This document shows, in pieces, positions 45,301-57,300 of a DNA stretch of 57,377 nt. The position numbers were made by a program, and so were the translations under genes. How positions within the stretch are numbered: the first letter of the stretch is position 1; every line of letters starts with the position of its first letter. Under the pieces are notes generated by a model. The model searched no databases. It was not told the DNA's origin and worked only from the letters and a program-made list of their open reading frames with translations. This DNA is from Macrostomum lignano (lineage: Eukaryota): positions 1 through 57,377 of the forward strand of contig NIVC01004160.1 of NCBI GenBank assembly GCA_002269645.1, read 5' to 3'.

Positions 45301-48300
45301 TCTGCAAGTGCCAATCAGTTTGAGTACCAGGTAGTAAACATGACTCTCGTTCCGGTTCCTCCTGGCTGCCAGAGCAAGTTTAGAGGAAACTGGACCAGTC
45401 CCGACCTTGACGATAACAGCATTATAGAGGAGAGTTTCAACGGTCAGCAGCAGTACCCGTACGTGTCCGAGCTACACAGTCGGAACAAGAGAAGCCAAGC
45501 TGCTCCGTCTCCGGCAGCGCAAGGCTTCAACACTGGCATGAACGACCAGATGGATCCGGTAACTGAAATGCTCAGAGATGTCAGCGGCCAGTCAGACTTA
45601 CTGGAACAGTGGTCTCACCTGGGCTTTGAAGCAGTGAATCAGCGCATGCAGGAAATAGTAATGCGCAAAGCGGCTAGCTTGGGAATCAGCATGCCGTCAC
45701 CCGAGGATGACAAGCGAGTTCAGCAGGACTTGCGCGACAGCGCAGGAAGTTCCATTCGTACTGGAGCCATGCTTCGCATGAATCCGCACAGGTTTGCAAT
45801 TCAAATCGGTGGAGAAGATCTCGAGACAAACTTCAAGAAGGGTGTTGAGCACATTCGCGCCGTGCTTCTCAAGGCTTCATCCAACGCAGGAAATGCACTG
45901 CAGGGCGGTGTGTACGTACCTGGACAGGGATTTTCCAAACAGGGACTTGCAGATTTGGCGTACTTGATAGGAAATATGACAGTCTTTGATCTCGCCGCGT
46001 TAATAAACACTAAGAATGTCGACCCGCTGGAGGTTTATCTTCTAGTGAAAGATTTTTCCTTGCTTGTAACTCAAATGGTAAGAACTTTACGTTTAGGGAA
46101 ATATTTCCCTATATTTCCATATATTTGTCTTTCTGCTGAACTGCATGTTGCAAATATTATGATGCCTAAACTTCCAGATCGAAGAGTTATTTGATACAGC
46201 CATCTCAGGAGGATTTAACAGCGAACTTTTCAAGTCATTTGACATCACTTTAAGCGGAAAATTTACTCTATATGATCAATACGTTACGTTCTTCACTGAA
46301 TCGTGGACTTTTGTTATTGGTGGCTTCGTGCCTGTAACGTTTTACTTCAGTGCCGGTGGATTCTTTACGATCGAAATAAAGCTTGAGCTAAAGATATTGT
46401 CAATGACCGCCGCAGCAACGGCCACACCGAAGCTCGGAGCCAAAGTACGACTAGATTTTTACAATGTTTCGCTCAATTTTTTAATATTTCGCCTACTAAT
46501 CTTTAAATTTTTTCTATAGGCTGTCGGTGGCGTGTACATCTGCTTCTTCCTTTGCGGCGGAGCAGAACTGACGGGATACATCATGGAGACCCGTTTCCCA
46601 ACCAGGGCTGAGATCGGATTCAGCAAGTTTCCTCTGGACGTTGGACTCACGTTGGATGTAGAATTGGTTCCTCTGCGACTACAACTGGATGCTATTGTGA
46701 AGCTCGAGTTGAACCTGAAGTTCATAAGAATCAGGTAAAAATATTGTATTGGTAACTCCTTTACCTTGAGCGTGATCGTTGGCAAGCAGACGCCTGTACA
46801 GAATTAGGAAGCTATGCATAGATTAGAGCGTTGGCTGAAACTATGGGACTGATTGAAAAAGTAGACGTCAGTGGCTACAGCGCCAAAAGTATGTTTCATC
46901 TCAAATAAACTTTTGACTTCAGAAAAGTATTCTTCAAAGCTGCCATCTGGAAGTACTCTGCTCCGAAGATTTCGAAAAACATCCTGAACGTGCGGACAGG
47001 CAAGCCGGACGACACGCCACCGCGGATCACCGAAATGGAATCAACACCGGACAGTGCCTTTGCTGTCGGCAGGGAAACTCGACATTGCAGAGTTCTGCAG
47101 CTGCGAGGCAGAGACGTCATGGATCCGGCCTTCCTGCTCGAGATTCAGGCCGAGGACGATGTCAGCGTATTGAAAATGACCTACAGCGTTGGCACGGCAA
47201 AGGGCTTGACCGATATTGTCCGACATGATGAATTTAAAGGACCATCTGCAATCATTGCCCGGGTGCGTTGTTATACATATTTTATGCCCGATTCTTCTCT
47301 CTCGTACACAGCACGCTGACAAAAATTATACAATTCCTATGCAGGTTCTTCCGCACAGCATACCTCTCTATTTCACGGTGCATGTCTCTAATAATCAAGG
47401 AGATACAATTCATGCTACCTGCGATCTTCCCACCTACGATACAACCTTGCCGCGAGGCCGAGTCCAAGAAGACTTTAGGAGCACCAGCAATACCAAAGTT
47501 CTGTCTGCTTTTGTAGTAGCGAGCGATGACTCGGAGATAATTGATACCAAAGTCGCAGTCGGGCTGGGTGTCGATGCGGGTGGAGAGAGCCACACCTTCT
47601 GGAAGAAGCTAGACCTGAACAAGGATGACAACATTAATGGTAAACTTTTTAAACAACGATATTCATAGAGTAGGACGAGTATAATGAGCACTAAGGCTAT
47701 ATTCATATTTTATTATCAACTTTCAGACGGCTACCATTTGAACCATTTCTCTGCGCCAAAGCATGGCCGCCTTGCCAGCGGAGTTTATCTGACCAGGACC
47801 AACATTCACGTCAGTTTTCTCTGCGCTGAAGATTGCCTTAAGCAGGGCGACAAGTGCAGAGCCTTCAACTACCACTGTAAGTAGTTGATTTAGCAAAGCG
47901 CACAACTCTGCAAGTGAAAATTTTTCATTTAACTTTTTCTTTTCCAGCGGTCAACAAAGTTTGCGAACTGACACACGACATTGTGGGGCATCGCTTGAAA
48001 CTATCCGAGAGTGACAGCTTTGCCTACTACGAACGGAAATCAGTTGGGCACTCTGTGAACTTTTTTCAGAGTGGCTTCACTCTGCAGCACAATAACATTC
48101 ACTTTGTCAATCTGTTCGTTAAAAACATCCTGGGCTATTCTTCAATTTTATCGTCGCAGCCGATTTTGACAGACTTCGACCCGCCTCACCCAGGCTTTAT
48201 CGCGAATGCATCCCTTGTAGAAATAGTTTACACAGTGTGCCGAGAAAAGATCATTAAAAAGTGGTGGGACAGGTGCGGTCCAGTGAAGCCGCAGGACGCT

Positions 48301-51300
48301 AACAATGTTGTTCGCACAGAGTTTGAAACGGATCTGAACAACCACCGAAGGATCATCGATGGCAGAGGCTCAACGACATTATTCAATGGACACGACCGCC
48401 TGATAGATGTCAGGTGGACTCGCGCCAATGAATTCATGTCGGCCAACTGGGATGGCTTGCACGACAATGAGACTTCAATTTTCGGCATCACCTGGGCGGC
48501 AGGAACGGATGTATGCGGTACAGACATCAGCCTGGGCTACGGAGATCCGCATGCTCACCTGGGTCACGAATCACAGTGGACCCACATCGGCAGTATACAC
48601 CCGATCCCCAACCCTGCTTACAAAGAGAACGGTCTCCCGGATGGGAAGTACTACTCAACAGTGAGGGCAACGAACAAGGTCGAATTTGGTGGTCCGATGA
48701 CGCTCACGCTGTGCCACTGGAGGCCCATTGTAGTCGATAACTCGCCGCCTCTGGTTCATCACCTAACAGACATAACGTTCGAAGACGAAATTTTAGAGCT
48801 CACCGGTCACTACAACTTTTCGTGAGCGCCTTTTTTATTTTCTGCCGAATTAATCGTTTCTGTCAATGCTAAACGCACTTACATTGTAACACAAACAATT
48901 CTGTTTTAAAATTTCAGAGATCCGCACTCAGGAATCAAGGAATTCGACATTGGCTTGGGGCGTACGAAATTCGACACCATGATTTTAGAATTCCGACCCA
49001 TGCCCTTCATGGGTACTCCTGAGTTTGAGAAGGACGTACTAGAGTTCGCTGACTCGTTTGCCATGACCCACAGACTGCCAGACGGCGTGCCGGTGTGGGT
49101 CATCCTGCGAGCTGAAAACAGCGTAAATCTCAGCACAGTGCAGCACGCTGACCGGCCCATTTTGATCGATCTGTCGCCACCAATCGCTGGCCCCGTGCTA
49201 GACGGCAGCGAATTCAAGCACGACGCCGATTTTGTTGGAAAATCGGACCGCATGTGCGTCAATTGGTTCGACTTCAGAGACGACGAGTCAGGAATCGCGT
49301 ACTACCATTGGCAGCTGTTCCAGGAAGACGATGAGATATATCGGGTTGAATTTGTTGACAGCCACAAGCAAATGCTGTGCATGGATTCGAGCCTCGCTGG
49401 CGGCCAGGAGCTGCAGCACAACACGCGCTATCGCAGTGTCATCACGGCAGTGCACTACGGCCACAGGGAGCTGTCAGTGAACGCATCAAGCAGTGGCATA
49501 CTTTGCGACCTCACTTATCCCATTGTTGGAGAAATTGTTGACGGTCTGGCCTCGGACTTCTCCGATCTTGAGTACTCCTCAAATGCAGCCTCTGTAAGCG
49601 CCCAGTGGAAAGGATTTTCTGACCCTGAGTCCGACATCAAGGAATTCGTCGTGACCGTGCAGAAGTTCAATCCTGGACTTGGAGAATGGGTTTCAGCAAA
49701 AACAGGAAGAATGCTGCAGCCAATCAGACCAGCATTCAGTGGAATCATTTCCATTTCCTGCACAAAGACTTGGTCAGAGTTCAGATTCAGGTTACCAACA
49801 GGGCAGAAAACTCTAACATTACGGCAACATCAGGTTTCTGATCGATCTGACTAAGCCAGTTGTAAACCGGCTGTACGATGGACTCGACGTTACCAAAGAT
49901 GTCGAGTACCAGTCTTCCTTGGACACAATTTCGGCGAACTGGGACTACAACGACCCAGAGTCTGGAGTCACGCATTATCGCTACCAGATTTTTGAGCAAT
50001 CGCACGGAACGAAGCACCAAATCTACCCAGGTAAGACTCTAAACATGTTTTTAAGCTGTATAAAATTAAGACCATTAGTCTAAAATACGAAACATGTTTT
50101 CTAAACTTTGGACTAATATTTTAAAATTTTAGTAAAAGAGCATGACTGGAGTCACGAACTTCTGCCCAATACTACCCACATTGAGCACAGTAACTTGCGG
50201 CTCAAATTAGGAGGTCGCTACTTTGTTAAGATTGTCGGCCAAAACGGAGCCCTCCTAAGGCAGGTGCAAGAGACCAATGGAGTAATCATTGACAACACAC
50301 CTCCAGTTATGTACTGGGTGAAGGTGGACGTCTCGCCCGGAGAGCTGGAGCAAGCTCAGGGCGGATATGTGCGACAGGCGGACAGGACAGGAATCAAGGG
50401 CTGGTGGCACGCAGAGGATCCGGAGTCCAACATTTACGAGTACTTTGTGGCAGTGGGAGATCAACCTGGTAAGAATCCGATTTTTTTCAAGTTAAAATTC
50501 GGTGTTTTGTTGTTTTGTTTCGGATCCTTATTTCGAGCCTGGTGAAATTATAGGGTATGCGAACATACTTAATTGGACAAGCATGTCGCGGCTGAATTCT
50601 GGAAGGCTGTCGCTTGACGTTGAGCTGAATGAGACAGACACCAAGACTCGAACTCCAGTCTACTATGTGAGTACCTACGCTATCAACGGAGCCGGTTTGA
50701 GAAGCGCCATGGTGACATCAACGCCTATAATGGTGGTGGGCCAGGATACCCCCGGCTATCTGATGGATGGTGATGAACCCAGAGTGAATGCCAGGTACCA
50801 GTCCAGCTCCCGATCGCTCACTTGCCAGTTTGAAGGCTTCCGAAGCCCTCTTTACGGAATCAATCACTATGAATGGGCGATCGGGTCACGGCCGATGTCG
50901 GAGAATGTGCAGCGATACACTCGCGTCGGCATTGTTCTGCACGATGAAAAAGAAGATTTCGTCAACTCAGATGATGCAAAGCATGAAGGACTTCCGTCGG
51001 CTGGCCACGCTCAGGTACCGATCCGTTTAGAGCATGGACGAAAGTACTTCTGCACAGTTCGCGGCGTGACGAATGCTGGATACATTCTAGAGGCCAGCTC
51101 TGATGGCATCACTGTAGACCGGACACCACCATTCGTTAAAATCACCAACCTGGGATTGCCTGACGGATCCATCGAAACGGCTGCCTCGATTTATTCCGAG
51201 ACGGTGGACTCACTCACTGCCCAGTTTGAGTTCCGAGACTCAGAGAGCGAAGCAGCATTCGCCTCGGTAATGTACGGCGAGCATCCATACGGGGATTCGA

Positions 51301-54300
51301 TGTTCCGGCGTGAGAGAATCGATCTGGGAGCCGAGAGCTGGCTGGAGTCACTGCGGATGACAGGGTGCACCCGCTGCCCGACGGACAGCCCAACATATTC
51401 ACAGCCATCGTAGAGAACTCGCTCGGTCAGAAAAACGTTACGTCTTCTGCCGCAGTAGTATTCGACTCCTCACCGCCATCTGAGGGAACTCTGCACTGCC
51501 CGCAGTTTACGAAGGTAGAATTTTTTATTTCAATAATTTCTGTGAGCGACTTAGTTTTTATTTACCGCTATCTCTCATGCAGTCTTTCAGCACTCTAACC
51601 TGTAGCTGGGACGATGTCCGGGACCCCGAGAGTGAAATTGATTACTATTCGATTATGATCGGCGAAGCTGAGGGGCGAGCGGAAATCCTTTTGGGCAAGA
51701 ATGTCAGCGGAGATGCGACTTCGTTCACGGTTCACCGTAAGCAAAAATTATTTATATTGCTTATGACGCGGAGATTCTTCGGGGCAAGAATGCCTCGGAA
51801 TTCAGCATAAAGATCACATCTTGTTGGAGACGTACCCCTAATTTATTAGAAAACTTTAGCTTCTCGACAGCACTGTCACTTTGCCATGCTTAGTATGGAC
51901 AGGAGCATGTCATATAGCACAGATTAAGGAACTCATTTACATGCGGCAAGCAAGCCTTTTGCTCCTGCTAGGGACTCAAGGCAGGTTGCTAGCTATGTGT
52001 ACGGGGAATTGATCCAAATTTCCCCAGCATAGAAAACTTTTGGTCAGCAGAAAACCACTTGCGCCTTTACAGCAAGCGAATTCGCAGCGATCATGGAGCA
52101 CAACAAGAACTACTTTGTTACTCTGATTGCCTACAACAAAGTCAAATATTCAACAAAGATTTACTCCAAAGCAATCATCATCGATGACACACCACCTGAG
52201 CACTCAGTGATCGTTGAGCTGTCCGACAGAGTGCAACTGATTAACGGTACCATTCAAGCTCATGACAGCTCCAAATGCACCGATGCCGAAAGCTGCATGA
52301 AAATGGACGTCACGTGCCATCTTGGCTTGGACACTCTGGCTGTGACCTGGGTTCCGTTCCAGGATCCTGAGAGTGGTATATCTCGGTAAGATGAGCAATG
52401 AGTTTGTTAAAAGCTCAAAAGCTTAAAAGCTTTGTTAAAATTTCCTAGAAGAGACTAAGCAATTAAACCAATCTTCTTCAGCTACGAGATAGGACTGGGC
52501 ACCACACCCGGAGCAACGCAGGTGATGGAGTTCACGACGATACCTGCGGACTCAACCACGTACACTTTCACTGGAATTCGACTGGACATTTACAAGAGAC
52601 TGTTCGCGGTGCTGAAGGGCTACAACGGAGCTGAGCACTTTTCCACTGTCATCTCCAGCGGTGTCTTCATCAGCAGAGTAGGTTCTGACCTCGGATTTCA
52701 TCAGCCCATCACGATAAACGATGGTGACCACGTGGGGAAGGACATGTGAGGAAATTGAATTTTTATTTGTGCATTAGAATGCAAATATGCGCAACTTAAA
52801 GATGAAGCATTTGTTTAAAATCAATCTTGATTTTCAGGGACTTCCAAACAAGCGTGGAGCAGCTGAGTGCCTGGTGGGATTTCAGCGGCGAGCCATGTCC
52901 AGTTATTGACTACCAGCTCTACTTTGAGCGCCTTGACGGCCTAGTTGTGCAGAACTTCACGAGTGTTGGGAGTAAGTTGTCATCTCAGGGGCAGAGCAAT
53001 TCAGCCATAAACACGTTTGACTCTCGCATCACGCCCCCGGTTCGATTTGCGCGGCCACATTAATTTGAGGCTTGTGCACAAAAGCTGGCAGCAGGTGAAT
53101 TTAGTGAGACAATGTCACCAAAGACGTTGCGCTGGGGTTTCCGCAAATCCTCCTGCAAAAGTTATTGCTTGTGCGCTCGTATTAAGCTGCCATTTCCAAT
53201 TATTAATTTTATTCTCTTTTCCAATTTATTATTTTTGCTCATTTTTACTGCCTGCTTCGATTCCCAGGGAAGCAGTAAAACTATCTTTCCGGTTTGTCAA
53301 TTTTCAGCGCTTACAAGAGGCAGCCACACAGGACTGAATTTGCAGAACGGAGAGACGTACTTTGCCATTGTCAGTGGCACGACTGCTCTAGTCACATCAT
53401 CACTGTCCGTTCATCCGGCGTAGTGATTCGCCTTGAGCCCATCATTCCAGGCCACGTCTTCGATGGCTCCATTGCAGGCATCGACCTCCACAAGCAGAAG
53501 TCCTACACGCAGCTCTCCTGCAACTGGATGGGTTTCGGAAACGATACGATACTGATTAATCCTAATGGAGGCTCGAATTCGGTGGACAAGCTCGGGCAGA
53601 GGCAGGCTATTGATTACTATGAAGTCGCTTTCGGAACAGACCGGCGCTATCCCAAGACCAGAGACAACGTACTGCCGTTTGTTAATGTGGGCCAGAACAA
53701 GACCTTTACTGCTTACGATCTGGACCTCGTACCCATCAAGGGAATCTACTATGCCACAGTTCGCGCCTACTCAAAAGGATTCGCTACAGCCGAAGTAACT
53801 TCGTCTGGTATAAGAGTGGGCTATGACTCGACTGTGTTCAGTAAGTTTGTAACAATTCATTTATCAAAACTATTTGCTGCTATTGCAGTATATGGCAAAT
53901 AAAAATTATTTTTATTCCAGAGGCGGATGTCAATATCCCGCGGTTTGTCAGCACTGCGAATGCGGCAGAAGTTTCCGAATCAAATTCCGAACACTACAAC
54001 CTGCGATACTCATGGAACAAGTTTACATCCGCTCTAAATGAAAAGCAGGAACTGGAAATTGTGTCTTACTTTACAGGAATTTCAAATATGCCGATTCCAT
54101 CCGATTTTGATTGCAAAGAAATTGTGAGTGCAAGAAGCAATTCAGTGTCCGTATTACAAGTACATGCGAATTATACACAAATTTTATTAAATATTATACT
54201 TATACTCAAACTAAAATAACTTCATCTTTTAGCTGTACGACAAAGATAGCACAGGTGAGCTGTATAATTTCACATTCAACGTGAATCCTCTAAGCTCGGT

Positions 54301-57300
54301 GAGCACAGACACAATGGTGAAGCTGACAGATCTAGAGCTGGAGCAGGCGGAAACTCTTTACGCAATGGTGATTGGTTTGGACGAGGCCGGAGAATGCAAC
54401 GGAACAGTCGCCAGCTTCATGTTTGACAACAATCCGCCGTCTAAGGGAGAAGTCACTGCTGGTCCATTCTACGACATGGTAAGCTCAAACTTAAATTGAT
54501 TTCCGGTTAAACCATCTGATGGCTGTGTTAAGTCCCTTTTTCAGAAACTGTCATTCTCTCTGGAGGCTGGCGCACTGCATGTCAAGTGGCGAGGCTTCGA
54601 AGACTCAGATTCAGGTCTGTCGCACATCAAGCTGCAACTTTGGAGAGCAAAGGGCTGTGCACCATCCGAGTTGAAGAACCTCACGGCGGTCGCTGATATC
54701 ACTGGGCTGGAAGCATCTGTCAAAATCAACGACACCGCTTCCATCAGCGAAGTGACCTTCCGAGATCTGGATCTGCAACCTGGAGTTCCCTATATTGTAA
54801 CAATTGAGGCTGAAAATCGAGCCGAGCTCATAACACGACACCGCACAACTCCAATCCTACTGGACATATCTATGCCAACAGCGGGCTTCGTCACGGATGG
54901 TTCGAACTTTACAGAGGACGCAGAATACTCCGGCAGGTCTGACTCCCTCCGCGCAACGCTGCTGCACTTCCCCAAGGCATCACTGATCCTTGCCCGCCTC
55001 AGAAGTCCCAGTAGAACTGAGTGGCAAACTCTTAACACAGCCGGGCTCTGGAATGTGGACGAGTGGTGGAGCTTGCGGTTCCGCCATGACTTGGCGTCGC
55101 CAATTGGTCAAGGTGGTGCTGATTGGGACCTGCACCTGGAGCGCGATCTATCATCAGCAAGAGTGCTATCTGGAGCCATACAAGCGGACTCACATCTGGG
55201 CATTGGTGCCTCCTACAGCTTCAAAGCTCAGGTGGCGAATTCCAGTCGCGTGGTTACCAGCCTGGTTTTGTGGAATGGCCCATCTGGCGTAGTTGGAGAC
55301 ATCGACTATGTTCCTGAGAAGACTGGTCTCAATACACCTGCAGTTGCTGCGTCTTCCCTGACCCCATTCGATTTCCGAACTGCAGCGATCTTTGCGAAGG
55401 ATGCTCTCCGGAATTTTTGGACTACCTAAGGGTAAATATAAGCAGGGACCTCAGCCAGCCGCCACCAACCCGAGACCAACACGAGCCCCAGGCTCAAAGC
55501 TGATTGAGAATGCTCTGCCTCTGCCGGATGATACTCTGCAAGGCGATTTTGATGAAATCAACCGAATCCACTCTGCCTGCGGATTACAGATTCTATACGA
55601 GCCAGCCGACAGTCCCGCTATTCTGCTCTGGTGCACTCACGACAACAACTCATTTCGGCTGTCCGTGAGCTGATTTCGCTCGACTTTGATCCCAGCGCGG
55701 AGTTTCACAACTACACTTTGCACTTTTTTAGCATAGCCCAGGACACTGGCTATAGAGAATGACCGCCAGAGTTGAGGGTTGATGGCGCTATGCTTGGTGT
55801 GGTGTCTGTGTCTGCCTAGTATTCCGCAGGCTCGGGTCACCCTGCTAGCCCACACCAAGGCCAACTTCGTGCCGCCGCTCGATCCGGACAACGTGCTCGA
55901 TCGCTGGCGCTCGTGGTGAAGCTGAGGGACCTGCGGTTGCCCCAGCCAACCAGTGAGAAGTGTCGCTACGGCAACGCCTTCGTTGCGGGCACGAATCCCA
56001 TCGTTGCCTACAGCGGGCAGTGTTCTGGAATGAGACTCAGGTGTCCGACTGGCAGGTTCTGTACAAGCCCTGCATACCTTGCTTGCACGACTGCGACTAT
56101 CTGCACTGCGACCCCAAGTGCAGAGACAATGGCTTCACAGAGGTGCGACTGATGCTAGCTGGGCTGAAATTGAAAGATGGCGAAACATACCAATTTGGGG
56201 GTGAGTTTTGCTTTTCAATTTTTAAGCATACAATTACGAGCTATTAAGTTCAATAATGATCCCCTTACTTCATTTATATTTTAGTCAAAGCAACACTTGC
56301 AAATGGTCAGTCTGCTGTGTCTCTGAGCACCGGGCAGCTTGTTGATACAACACCGCCTGAGGTGGACAATGAAGCACCTCTATTCTATAATGACCCCACC
56401 GCTCCATACCCGTATGCGCCGACAAACTACACGGCCTCGACTACAGAAATTCGGGCAGTTTGGATCATAAGCGACAATGAGTCCTTGATCATGGTAAGCT
56501 GCTCTGAATAACGAAACTTAGCAGGTGCGATGTTGAAAACGTACCGATCATAATTACCTCAATTGTAGGAACATTTCTGGGCGATCGGCAGTGCACCAAA
56601 AGGCACAGACTTGCAGCCCTGGACATCTGTCGGTGCGCTACCTTCGGGCACAAACTCGCAGCTTGTATTGACTAACGGCCGCAAGTATTTCGTCAGCGTG
56701 CGATCTGTAAATAACGCAGGACTCGCGACAACGTACTACGACAAGATCGGACTGACCGTGATGACCGACCCACCGGAACTTGGCAACATCAACGCTAGCC
56801 TGGTTGGCGTTAAAGGACTTCGACTTCGAAGTGTCTCCACCGGATGCCAAGATGCAAACCGATCAGAGTGTAGTTGGGGCAACACTTCGGTTTAATCTGA
56901 TAAGAGCGTCGAGTACTATGGTAACCTTCAAACCCAAACTTAGAGTTGTTGTATTTTTCTCTATTCGACATAAATTTTAATCAAGCAATTTAAATAATTT
57001 ATGATGGCATACAGTTGACGCTTTTGGTTTGCATTTTTCAGAGTTCTGCATCAGCAGCGCAGAAGACCGGCTCGACGACATTCTACTACCGTGTATTCCT
57101 GCGCCAAAGATGAACGAGTCGGATGCGGGTGTGACCGTTCAAATTCGAAATAACACTATTCACTGGAACGATTTTGATGGCTCAGACGAAAATATAACCC
57201 TTGGAGTCTCAACCGAACTCATCCGTTGAATCGTTGCGGAACCGATTTTTCTTGGAGCCGGGAAAGTGAGTCTTAATTAATTAATAAACTTGCCTTTTAC

